Below, piece by piece: positions 1-9,044 of a DNA stretch of 64,000 nt. Below the pieces are notes generated by a model, which worked only from the letters and a program-made list of their open reading frames with translations, was not told the origin of the DNA and searched no databases. How positions within the stretch are numbered: the first letter of the stretch is position 1; every line of letters starts with the position of its first letter. The translations under genes were made by a program, and so were the position numbers. Origin of the DNA: Candidatus Latescibacterota bacterium (GTDB lineage: Bacteria > Latescibacterota > UBA2968 > UBA8231); NCBI GenBank assembly GCA_965221775.1, contig CBDCSU010000006.1, forward strand, positions 1,600,001 through 1,664,000, given 5' to 3'.

Positions 1-176
1 ATTGGGTCGCCGAACTCCCTTGCGGTATCGATCCAAAGACCTATGGCTTCATTGACATGCCTGAGAGCAGCTTCTTGCGTGTCGCCGTGGGCCATGCATC
101 CGGATAGCTCCGGCACTTCAGCCACGAAAGCGCTGTCGGCGTCGCTCCAGTAGAGAATGATCTCGTATTTGTACAT
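1..176 (-). CDS. hicB: HicB-family antitoxin (runs off the window edge)
   Basis: Own translation: MYKYEIILYWSDADSAFVAEVPELSGCMAHGDTQEAALRHVNEAIGLWIDTAREFGDP, a classic HicB pattern. Its start overlaps the hicA stop. Confidence 0.9.
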   Translation of the reverse strand, partial: MYKYEIILYWSDADSAFVAEVPELSGCMAHGDTQEAALRHVNEAIGLWIDTAREFGDP

Positions 177-430
177 CAGTCCGGTTCCTCCAGTGTGTAT
201 CTCAGTATCACTCGGCGGACCTGTCGCACCTGATAGGGTTTCGCGTGGCTGCCATCACGTTGCAGATTCAGCCTTTCAGCGATTCCTTCCATCCGGAATA
301 TGTGATGGCTTCCTCGCACCCGCTCGGAGAACCCCAGCCTACGGAGGAGTGAGCGCAAGTCGTCGAAACGGATATTCGCATCCGAGCGACCGTCGACAAT
401 CTGCTGTCGAAGTTGCCTAGGCCGATTCAG
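176..430 (-). CDS. hicA: HicA-family toxin
   Basis: 3' part of ORF 176..1114: NIRFDDLRSLLRRLGFSERVRGSHHIF...AKPYQVRQV, with the GSH motif. Start is uncertain; CTG at 430 is the best candidate. Confidence 0.85.
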   Translation of the reverse strand: MNRPRQLRQQIVDGRSDANIRFDDLRSLLRRLGFSERVRGSHHIFRMEGIAERLNLQRDGSHAKPYQVRQVRRVILRYTLEEPD

Positions 431-677
431 GAAGAAACCCCGATCAACGCGTCCTGCCGCACAACATCCGCGGCCTGTGGAATGGATTGGCGGGCATCCC
501 CACCCCCGACTTGCAGAGTAGAACGGCCAAGGATCTTTCGCAACCCTCTTCTCTATGGGACACGCCGGAAGGCGCTGCGACCGCCAGGAGGGAGGTCGGT
601 TCCCGCCTTGAAGAGCATGGCCCCTGTGCTCGGCCGGCGTGGTCATCTCGCCTGGAGCTGGTCCGGGGGGCCGACGA

Positions 678-724
678 GTTGACCCCGCGCCCCGGAGGCT
701 CGGCCTGCGCCACCGGCACCGCCC
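678..724 (+). repeat. Partial copy (right arm only) of dispersed element A
   Basis: gttgacccc...ggctcggcctgcgccaccggcaccgccc matches the right end of the full copies. Confidence 0.7.
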
Positions 725-760
725 TTGGGGGAAGCACCCAGGTTGTCGTAGCCTGACGCC

Positions 761-3145
761 ATGAAGGAACACCGACATCCGCACCCGCACAGGGATCCGC
801 GGCAGCCCAGGGCGGACGCCAGGCCGGGGACGAATCCCCCTGTCTTCGCCTGGCTTCCCGTGGATTCGGCGTCGGGGTATCGGCTGCAGGTGGCCCGGGA
901 CCCGGGCTTCGAGAACCTCTGCCTGGACCAGCGGGATCTGCAGGATCCCCTGTTTCTGCCCGAGACCGCCTTCGCGCCGGGGAGGTACTTCTGGCGATGG
1001 TCCGCGGGGGATGGCGCGATGTCGGAGGTCTTCGCCTTTGAGATCGCACCGGAGGCGGTGGTCGTGGAGGTGCCGCCGGCAGGGGAGTGGCTGAAGCGGT
1101 TCCCGGCCGGGCATCCGCGGATCTACGTCCGGCCGGAGGAGGTGCCGGCTCTCCGTGGGGCGTCCCTCGGCGACCGCGCTTCAGCTTGGAGAGGGCTGCG
1201 GGAGCAGGCCGAGGCGGTCCTCGCGGAGCCGCATGAGATCGAGGAGCCTCCCTTTCTCCCGGACCGCCGGGAGAGCTATCGGGCGTTCTTCGAGGTCTGG
1301 TCGCCGGTGATGTGGAACTCCCGGCGCTTCGTCAAGGGCGCGGAGACCCTGGCGCTGGCCTACCTCGTGGGCGGGGAGGATCGATTCGCCCGCGCCGCCT
1401 GCCAGCGCATGGCATCCATCTCCCGTTGGGATCCGGAGGGGTCCAGCCACCTCGCCCACAATGACGAAGCCCACATGTCGGTGATCTGGCACGGCTCGAT
1501 CGCGTGCGACTGGGTGTGGGACCGGTTCACCGACGAGGAACGCGAGGCGGTTCTCGCGCAGTTCCGGCGGCGCGGGCAGATCACCTTCGATCACATGCAC
1601 AACCGGGGATCGTACGGGGTCACCCGCTTCGACTCGCACGCCGGCCGCGAGATCGTCTTCCTGGCCCTCATCGCCCTGGTCTTCCACGACCACATTCCCG
1701 AAGCGGAGACATGGCTGGAGTGGCTGCGGCCGGTGCTGTGCGGCATCTGGCCGATCTGGGCCGGCGACGACGGCGCCTGGGCGGAAGGGCCCTCCTATGG
1801 ACTGGCCTACGTGACGATCATGACCATGTTCGCCACGGCGCTGAAACGGGGCGCCGGTGTGGACCTCTACAGGAAACCGTTCTGGAAGAACCACGCCCGG
1901 TGGCGCCGGTACTGCCTGCCACCCTACGCGGAGTGGATGGGATTCGGCGACCACACGGAGCGCTGGGCCAACTCGTGGCGGTCGAATGCCGACCTGGTGG
2001 ATTTGATCGGACGAGAGACGGAGACTGCTGAGTTCGCGCCGTACGTGGAGGCTCTTCGCGCCGAGGCGGAGCACCTGCACACGCCGCCGAAGCGGCAGAC
2101 CTCGGGCGTCCTGTCGCAGCTGTTTCTGGCCCCCGCCGCGAAGACGCAGGTGGGTGAGATCCCGCCGCGGCTCCGGGCGCGGATCCCTCTGACGCACACG
2201 CCGGAAGGGACCGCGCATGGCATGCTCCAAGTCTTCCCGTACGCGGGGTGGGCCGCGGTCCGCACCGACCTGGACGATCCGGCACGGGATGTAGCGATGA
2301 TCTTTCGCTCCTCTCCACTCGGCGCCATCAGCCATTCCCACGCCAACAACAACGACTTCATCCTGCACGCCGGGGGCAAGGTGCTGGCCATGCCCAGCGG
2401 CTACTACGACGGGTACGGCTCGGACCACCACAGCCACTGGGTGTGGCACACCAGGTCCCACAACTGCGCAACCCTCTCCGACGCCTCGCAGATCATGCGA
2501 TCTCACGATTCCACGGGGAAGATCGACAACGCCTTCGAGGACGAACGGCTCCTCTACTTTCGGGGCAACGCCGACGCCAGCTACAGCGACCGAGCGCAGC
2601 GATGCCGGCGGCACGTCTTCTTCCTGAAGACGCAGAGCTGCTTCGTGATGATCGACGAGTTTGCCGCGGCTCCCGGCATCGACTCGGCGTTGCAGTGGAA
2701 CATCCACTCCTGGAACCGCTTTGCCGTCGACGAGGAGGCAAGGACCTTCCTGTTGGAGCGCGACGCCAGTTCCCTCGAAGGGCACTTCATGTATCACAAC
2801 AACGCCTTCTTCTCCCTGAGCGAGGGATGGGACCCCCCGCCGATGCGGGCCGGCAAGGATGACTCGCAGTGGCACCCGCAGTATCACCTGCGGTTCACGC
2901 CCTCCGGTCTGGTGAGCCGGCGCAACCTGGGGGTGGTGTTGTGTCCGGGCCACGGGTCGCTGCATCGAGCCGAAGTGCGGACCGAGCGGTCGGGGGACAC
3001 GGAGGTAGCGCACATCGGGGATGATCTTGTGCTTGTGGGCGGTCGAGGCGGGGTGGCGTACGGCAACCATCGCTCGGACGGACTGGCGCTGCTGGTCGTG
3101 CAAGGCCGGGGGTATGAGCTTGGGGATACGGGCGTGGTTTCATGA
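761..3145 (+). CDS. Heparinase II/III-like polysaccharide lyase with DUF4962-like N-terminus
   Basis: 794 aa; HPRIY, WAEGPSYG, SHSHANNNDF and HTRSHNC motifs typical of this lyase architecture. Confidence 0.8.
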   Translation: MKEHRHPHPHRDPRQPRADARPGTNPPVFAWLPVDSASGYRLQVARDPGFENLCLDQRDLQDPLFLPETAFAPGRYFWRWSAGDGAMSEVFAFEIAPEAVVVEVPPAGEWLKRFPAGHPRIYVRPEEVPALRGASLGDRASAWRGLREQAEAVLAEPHEIEEPPFLPDRRESYRAFFEVWSPVMWNSRRFVKGAETLALAYLVGGEDRFARAACQRMASISRWDPEGSSHLAHNDEAHMSVIWHGSIACDWVWDRFTDEEREAVLAQFRRRGQITFDHMHNRGSYGVTRFDSHAGREIVFLALIALVFHDHIPEAETWLEWLRPVLCGIWPIWAGDDGAWAEGPSYGLAYVTIMTMFATALKRGAGVDLYRKPFWKNHARWRRYCLPPYAEWMGFGDHTERWANSWRSNADLVDLIGRETETAEFAPYVEALRAEAEHLHTPPKRQTSGVLSQLFLAPAAKTQVGEIPPRLRARIPLTHTPEGTAHGMLQVFPYAGWAAVRTDLDDPARDVAMIFRSSPLGAISHSHANNNDFILHAGGKVLAMPSGYYDGYGSDHHSHWVWHTRSHNCATLSDASQIMRSHDSTGKIDNAFEDERLLYFRGNADASYSDRAQRCRRHVFFLKTQSCFVMIDEFAAAPGIDSALQWNIHSWNRFAVDEEARTFLLERDASSLEGHFMYHNNAFFSLSEGWDPPPMRAGKDDSQWHPQYHLRFTPSGLVSRRNLGVVLCPGHGSLHRAEVRTERSGDTEVAHIGDDLVLVGGRGGVAYGNHRSDGLALLVVQGRGYELGDTGVVS

Positions 3146-3807
3146 GCGGCGACGACCACGGATGGGGCGATGAAGTCAAGCCGCGTTCAGGCCACAGCGG
3201 CCGCACCGGTATCGACAAAATCCTGAAAGAGGCCCGCCGCGGAGATCTGGGGTCCGTGAAGCGGCATCTTGGCCAGGACCCGTCCTTGCTGCTGGCCAAG
3301 AGCGGGGGACACAACCGGACGTTCCTCTGGGAAGCGACACGCGGCAATCGGGTCGAGGTCGTGCGGTTCCTGTTGCGGGCGGGAGCCGATCCCAATGTGC
3401 CGGGGCGGACAAGGGCGGAGATCCCCGTGCTCCTGAAGCCCTACTGTATCGCGCGACGCTATCGCCGCCCGCACCTCGCGGGGATGTTGGAAAGGGCCGG
3501 TTCCGTGATGGACATCTACTCGGCCTGCTATCTGGGTGACACGGACCGCGTGCGGCACTGCATCAAAGCCGAGCCCGGCCTGTTGACCAGGGAACAGGAA
3601 GACGACTCGGTCTGGCGTGTGACGCCCCTGCACTATGCCGTGGCCGGAGGCCACGAGCAGCTCACGCGGTGGCTGATCGGGGAAGGCGCAGGGGTGAAGC
3701 CCTATACCCGGCTGTTGTTCGGCGCGGCCGAGCGGACGAAACACGCGGAGCTGATTCCCGTGCTGGTAGAGGGGGGTGCGGACCTGGATCTGGTCAGGCT
3801 GAGGTGA
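3142..3807 (+). CDS. Ankyrin-repeat protein
   Basis: VVRFLLRAGADPN and TPLHYAVAGGH repeats; ATGA overlap with the upstream gene. Confidence 0.8.
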   Translation: MSGDDHGWGDEVKPRSGHSGRTGIDKILKEARRGDLGSVKRHLGQDPSLLLAKSGGHNRTFLWEATRGNRVEVVRFLLRAGADPNVPGRTRAEIPVLLKPYCIARRYRRPHLAGMLERAGSVMDIYSACYLGDTDRVRHCIKAEPGLLTREQEDDSVWRVTPLHYAVAGGHEQLTRWLIGEGAGVKPYTRLLFGAAERTKHAELIPVLVEGGADLDLVRLR

Positions 3808-3864
3808 GGTCCGATCCGGCGACCTGGCAGGCGCTGGCCAGGCCGGGGCGGCGGCCTGGTTTCC

Positions 3865-4158
3865 TCAGGCTACCTGCGGCTCGTAGCGCCTGACCTGGAT
3901 GTTCTCTTCGGTCCGGCGGGCCTGCACCAGATCGTAGGCGATCTGTCGCCGCAGCCAGAACTCCGCGTTGGACCAGCCCGCCTTTTCCAGTCGAATGGCC
4001 ATCTCCGGCGAAATGGCCGCATGGCCGTTCAGGACGCGGGAGAGGGTGTGACGGGCCACGCCCAACACCTTCGCCGCTTCGGTGACGTTCAGGCCGAGGG
4101 GGTCCAGACAGTCTTGCCGGATGCTGCGGCCCGGATGGGGTTGATTCTTCATTGCCAT
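3865..4158 (-). CDS. higA: HigA-family antitoxin (XRE HTH)
   Basis: PHPG...[33 protein letters not shown]...[12 protein letters not shown]. Confidence 0.92.
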   Translation of the reverse strand: MAMKNQPHPGRSIRQDCLDPLGLNVTEAAKVLGVARHTLSRVLNGHAAISPEMAIRLEKAGWSNAEFWLRRQIAYDLVQARRTEENIQVRRYEPQVA

Positions 4159-4187
4159 GGGTCGATCAGGTCCACGTCGTACGCGTC
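4149..4187 (-). pseudogene. Remnant of the HigB toxin C-terminus
   Basis: Translates [12 protein letters not shown], similar to the DAYDVDL.DYH end of HigB toxins, in the expected position overlapping the higA start. Confidence 0.55.
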
Positions 4188-4220
4188 ACTGCGCGGCGCA
4201 GGTAGTGGCGTCGACCGTGG

Positions 4221-5332
4221 TCACAGGAACCGTCCCACCGAGAAAGGGGAGAGGTCGAACCCGGTTCTTCGCCGAGGGCGGCGTCGGCGACGATGTGGCC
4301 GCTGTACGGACCGAGCTGCAGTCCGCTGGCCCCGTGACCGGTGTTGAGGTAGAGGCCATGCCAGCCCGGGACCGCCCCCATGACCGGCATGCCGTCGGCC
4401 GACAGGGGTCGCAGGCCGACGCGGGTCTCGCGGATGGAGGCGCCGGCGAGGCCGGGGGCGACGCGCAGGGCTTCCGACAGGACCTCCACGATCCCGGCGG
4501 CGGTCACTCTCGGCTCGAAGCCGGAGCCGGTCTCGCGGGTGGCGCCGACGGCTACGCGGCTGTCCGTCCAGGGGACCATGTAGTGATCGCGGAAGGCGCT
4601 GACGATCGGCCACGTGGAGGTGTCGGTCCCGCCGAGGTCGAGGTGGATGATCTGGCCGCGCTGGGGGGCCACCGGAATGTCGAGGCCGAGCTGGTCCGAG
4701 AAGCGCCGGGACCAGGCGCCGCCGGCGATGACCACGGTCCCCGCGGATATCCGATCGCCGCCGCTGAGGACGCCGGCGATCCTCCTTCCTTCCAGTATGA
4801 GGCTGTCGGCCGCTGCCGTCCGGCGTTCGAGCCCGCGGCGCTCCGCGCCCTCGAGCAGGGCGCGGGCCAGGAGACGGCCGTCGATGCGGGCGGCGTCCGG
4901 GTTGTGCAGGGCCCGGGCGGATTCGGCGAGGGGCGGGAACATCTCCCGCGCTTCCGCGGCCTCGACGCGGCGCACGGCTGACCCCCGCCCGGGTCGCGAG
5001 AGGATCCGCTGAGAGGCGGCCTCGAAGGGCGCGAACTCGTCGTCGGAGACCGCCGCCAGCAGCAGCCCGCAGTGGGCGAAGCCGGTCTCCGCGCCTTCCG
5101 CCTCGAGCGCGGGGACCAGCGTCGAGAGGTGCTGGTACGCGGCCCGGCTGAAGCGGTACCAGACGTCGGAGTCGCCGCGGTAGGTCGCCGGGGAGACGAT
5201 GCCGGCCCCGGCCGCGGTGGCGCGCCCCTCGTCGCCGCGGTCGAGGAGGAGCACCCGGGCCTCGGCACGGATCAGGTGATAGGCGGTGGCGGCGCCGAGG
5301 ACGCCGCCCCCGATGACAATGACGTCGTTCAT
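4221..5332 (-). CDS. FAD-dependent oxidoreductase, DAO/glycine oxidase family (1-bp frameshift near 4260)
   Basis: DVIVIGGGVLG, GATRE, GLRP and GHGASG motifs. The family-typical end FDLSPFSVGRFL* lies in the adjacent frame. Confidence 0.85.
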
Positions 5333-5502
5333 GGCAGTCGGAGGGACATGGAAGATAGGTGTGGGAGGACCGGCCGGCCCGCCGGTGCTGGCGGCTCGGC
5401 CATGCCAAACGTGCTCAGTCACGTCGCTCATTGCGGCTTGAGGCGGTCTGCGCCCAAGGATAGCTTGTCTCCATGCCATCCATGAGAACGGAGACGGCAG
5501 AG

Positions 5503-5862
5503 ATGAAGAGCACGATTTGGCTCAGCTACGATCTGGGAGTCAACGGCGACTACGAGGGGCTGTATTCCTGGCTCGATACTCACGGTGCCAAGGAGTGTGG
5601 CTCCAGCGTGGCCTTTATGAAGTACGCACACGAGGGCGACTTGGCGGCGGCCTTGATAGACGACATGCAGGCCGCGGTCTCCCTGGACAGGCGCTCCCGG
5701 GTATACCTCATCCACAATCGCAAGGGGCGGTACCTGTTCGGGCGCCGAAAGAGCGCTCCTTGGGAGGGATTCGGCGACAACGGCGACGACGAAGAAGACG
5801 TCGATGACACCACATGCGAGGCCGACCGCTCAGCCTTGTCGATGCCGTGCTCCGCGCAGTGA
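5503..5862 (+). CDS. Small hypothetical protein, possibly Cas2/VapD-like ferredoxin fold
   Basis: MKSTIWLSYDLGVNGDYEGLYSWLD; the SYDL start recalls Cas2/VapD-like proteins. The C-terminus looks extended by read-through into the remnant downstream. Confidence 0.6.
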   Translation: MKSTIWLSYDLGVNGDYEGLYSWLDTHGAKECGSSVAFMKYAHEGDLAAALIDDMQAAVSLDRRSRVYLIHNRKGRYLFGRRKSAPWEGFGDNGDDEEDVDDTTCEADRSALSMPCSAQ

Positions 5863-5957
5863 TCGACGACACAAATGTTGCACTCGATGCACTTCTCACC
5901 TTCAATCGCGCCGATTTCGCGGATGTCTGCCGACAGAATTCGGTTACAGTGCTCTGA
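5814..5957 (+). pseudogene. C-terminal remnant of a PIN-domain protein
   Basis: Own translation: MRGRPLSLVDAVLRAVIDDTNVALDALLTFNRADFADVCRQNSVTVL*, carrying the LSLVD and TFNxxDF PIN motifs. Confidence 0.6.
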
Positions 5958-6044
5958 GGATCTCCCCGTCCTCGGCTTCGTCTGCAGTCTGCAATAGCCT
6001 CGCCCACAGGGCTCCGGCTGATGCCAGCACGACAGGGCCGGGCT

Positions 6045-7139
6045 TCACTCCTCCTTCAGGTGGCGGCAGTCCAGCCGCGCCACCTGCAGCGGCCTCTTGC
6101 CGGACCTCGTCCTCGGCCTCCTGTCCGCCCCCAGTACGATGAGCACCTCGGCCGCCTCGAGCCTGCCTTCGTACGCGGCCCTGTGGAGCGGCGTGCGCCC
6201 CTTTTTGTCCTGCGCGTCGAGATCGGCGCCGTGCGCGGCCAGCAGCCAGACCGCCTCGACTCTCCCCCTCTCGGCCGCCAGGTGCAACGGGGTTCGGTCG
6301 GTAGTGGTCTTGGCATCGACCTCGGCGCCGTGCCGCAGCAGCCACTTCAGGCAAGGGATCGAACCGGAGCGCGATGCCCAGTGAAGGGGGGTCATCCCCA
6401 TCTCTCCCCTCTGCATGACGACCGAGGAGTCCTCCCGGGCCAGCTCGAGCACGCGCTCGAGGTCGTTCATGCCGCAAGCCGAGAAGATGTCGAAGTGCGC
6501 CCCGTGCCCGAGCAGGGCGAGGACCGCATCGGCCACGTCGGGGTTCCAGCCCCCGGTGCCGAAACGCGCCGCAGCTTCCTGCAGCGGGGTGTTGCCGCCC
6601 TCCCCGTTGCCCGAGAACGGCGCCTCTGGGTCGGCCCCGTACGCGAGGGCGAACTCCGTGAACTCCACCGGCCGGCCGACGGCCCAGAACAGCAGCGAGG
6701 TGTTCGCCGGCCACCCGACGTGAGACGTGCTGATGACGGAGGCATCGCTGACGCCGGCCTCGAACACGGTGCGCAGGGTCTCGAAGTTCCCGTGGTAGAA
6801 GGCCTTGGTCACCGGCTCGTGCTGGTGCTTCCTGTAGAGTCCGGTGGCGCAGTCGTAGAATTCCCGGATGCCGCGATCGAGCAGGAAGCGGACGGCGTCG
6901 AGGGTCCCGAAGTAGGAGGCGGCCATGGCGAGGGCGACCGAACCGACCGACTCGAGCAGGGCCGGGTGCTCCCGCAGCAGGGCCTTTATCCGCGGGACGT
7001 CGCAACTGGCATGGCACAAGTCAGTGGCGCCGTGCGCCGCCGCGGTCAGGAACTGCTTCTCGAGGGGGGTGAACTTCCTGCCCTCCCTCATCTCGAAGGC
7101 CCTGGACATCTTCTGCATCAGGTAGTCGGTGTCGTTCAC
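6045..7139 (-). CDS. Ankyrin-repeat protein
   Basis: Several GxTPLHxAA...LLxxGADxxA repeats. Confidence 0.9.
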   Translation of the reverse strand: MNDTDYLMQKMSRAFEMREGRKFTPLEKQFLTAAAHGATDLCHASCDVPRIKALLREHPALLESVGSVALAMAASYFGTLDAVRFLLDRGIREFYDCATGLYRKHQHEPVTKAFYHGNFETLRTVFEAGVSDASVISTSHVGWPANTSLLFWAVGRPVEFTEFALAYGADPEAPFSGNGEGGNTPLQEAAARFGTGGWNPDVADAVLALLGHGAHFDIFSACGMNDLERVLELAREDSSVVMQRGEMGMTPLHWASRSGSIPCLKWLLRHGAEVDAKTTTDRTPLHLAAERGRVEAVWLLAAHGADLDAQDKKGRTPLHRAAYEGRLEAAEVLIVLGADRRPRTRSGKRPLQVARLDCRHLKEE

Positions 7140-7157
7140 TGGTTCCCCTTTGGCCGT

Positions 7158-7209
7158 GTGGCGCCGGGCGGGGGTTCTGTGCCGGGCGGTGTCGCCGGCG
7201 CCACTCGAT
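7158..7209 (+). repeat. Stand-alone hairpin module B
   Basis: gtggcgccgg-spacer-ccggcgccac-tcgat, the same module found downstream of several element A copies. Confidence 0.8.
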
Positions 7210-7394
7210 CCGGTGGCGCGCCTGGACTGATGGGCGCTGTTGGGGGCATGTTCGACTGCTGGAAACCCGCTCCTTACTCTTCGGTTGAGACCGGGGTAGC
7301 GGTGCTTACGTTACGCACCGATGAAGAGCATGGACATGGATAGGGAGAGATCGCTGATGTGTCTTGCAGCCGTGATTCACAGGGCGGAGGCCCC

Positions 7395-8768
7395 ATGGAG
7401 CTGACGCTCTACGACTCCTACTCGCGAAGCGAACGCGTCTTCGAGCCCCTCGGGTCGCCCGTCGGACTGTATGCCTGCGGGCCGACAGTCTACGACTACG
7501 CCCACATCGGCAACCTGAGGACCTACGTCTTCGAGGACGTGCTGCGGCGGGTGCTGGAGCACAACGGCTACGAGGTTCACCATGTAGTGAACATCACCGA
7601 CGTGGGTCACCTGACGTCGGACGCGGACACGGGCGAGGACAAGATGGAGCGGGGAGCGCGGCGCACCGGCAAGAGCGCCTGGTGGGTGGCGGACTTCTAC
7701 ACCCGGGCCTTCGAGGAAGACCTGCGCCGGCTCAACGTCCTCGAGCCGACGGTGTGGTGCAAGGCCACGGCCTACATCGACGAGCAGATCGACGTCATCC
7801 GCTCGCTGGAGGAGCGCGGCTTCATCTACAAGACCTCCGACGGGATCTACTTCGACACCTCCCGGCAGCCGGACTACGGCCGGCTGGCGCGGTTGGATGC
7901 GAAGGGGCTGCAGGCCGGCGCCCGCGTCGAGCTGGGCGAGAAGCGTCTGGCCACGGACTTCGCCTTGTGGAAGCTGAGCCCGGCCGACAGCAGGCGGCAG
8001 ATGGAGTGGGACAGCCCCTGGGGGCGGGGGTTCCCGGGGTGGCACACGGAGTGCGTGGCCATGTCGCAGTCCCATCTGGGCCCGCAGTTCGACATCCACT
8101 GCGGCGGCGAAGACCATCTCGCCATTCACCATGTGAACGAGATCGCCCAGGCCGAGGCCTGCTACGGGACCCGGCTCGCCCGGTTCTGGATGCACGGCCG
8201 GTTCCTGGTCCTCGACGACGAGCGCATGTCCAAGTCGAGCGGGTCCTTCCTGACTCTCGACAGCCTGGTCGAGGCGGGATACGACCCGCTGGCCTACCGG
8301 ATGTTCCTGCTCGGGGCGCACTACCGGCGGCCCCTCAGCTTCAACTGGGAAGCCCTTGACGCGGCGACGGCGGCCCTGGAACGGCTGCGCCGCACCGCCC
8401 ACGCCTGGGGTCCCGCCGGCGAGCCGGACCCGGCCTCCCTCGAGGCGTTCACGCGCTGCCTCAACAGCGACCTCAACATGCCCCGGGCCCTGGCCGTGGT
8501 CTGGGACCTGGTGCGGTCGGAGCTTCCCGACCAGGTGAAGAAGGGGACGCTGCTGGCCTTCGACAGCGTCCTCGGCCTCGGTCTGGCCGACTGGGAACCG
8601 CCCCAGGAGGAGATTCCGCCCGAGGTCGAGGAGATGGTGCGGCGGCGGACCGAGGCCCGGGGGCAGCGGGACTTCGAGACTGCAGACGCCCTCAGGGCGC
8701 AGATCCTCGAGGCCGGGTTCGACGTGGACGACCTGCCGGACGGCCCGAGGGTGAAGAGGCGCTCCTAG
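7395..8768 (+). CDS. cysS: Cysteine--tRNA ligase
   Basis: YACGPTVYDYAHIGN, GFPGWHTEC, DIHCGGED and RMSKS motifs; GGAGG Shine-Dalgarno upstream. Confidence 0.97.
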   Translation: MELTLYDSYSRSERVFEPLGSPVGLYACGPTVYDYAHIGNLRTYVFEDVLRRVLEHNGYEVHHVVNITDVGHLTSDADTGEDKMERGARRTGKSAWWVADFYTRAFEEDLRRLNVLEPTVWCKATAYIDEQIDVIRSLEERGFIYKTSDGIYFDTSRQPDYGRLARLDAKGLQAGARVELGEKRLATDFALWKLSPADSRRQMEWDSPWGRGFPGWHTECVAMSQSHLGPQFDIHCGGEDHLAIHHVNEIAQAEACYGTRLARFWMHGRFLVLDDERMSKSSGSFLTLDSLVEAGYDPLAYRMFLLGAHYRRPLSFNWEALDAATAALERLRRTAHAWGPAGEPDPASLEAFTRCLNSDLNMPRALAVVWDLVRSELPDQVKKGTLLAFDSVLGLGLADWEPPQEEIPPEVEEMVRRRTEARGQRDFETADALRAQILEAGFDVDDLPDGPRVKRRS

Positions 8769-8772
8769 GCAG

Positions 8773-8971
8773 GGGCGGCGCCGGCGGCTCCGGCCGCGCC
8801 TCGACGGCGCGTACGCCGGGCCTGATTGGTGGGGCTATCGACGGGGGTGGTTCGTGGGGTTGGCGAGCCCCTCGCTGCGCTCGGGTCTCTGGGTCCTCTT
8901 GGATGCGGGTGGTTGTTGACCCGGCCGGCGTAATGCGCCGCTCGGCTCGGCCTGCGCCGCCGTCGCCGCCC
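8773..8971 (+). repeat. Dispersed element A, copy 1
   Basis: Imperfect terminal inverted repeats, inner stem ggcgcgtacgccgg/ccggcgtaatgcgcc, core tggcgagcccctcgctgcgctcgggtctctggg. Confidence 0.95.
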
Positions 8972-9044
8972 TGGGCTCCCCGTGCCGGATGAACTTTTCC
9001 CCGCTGACGTCCGCCTTGCAGTGTGGAAGGGTGGACGACGCATC

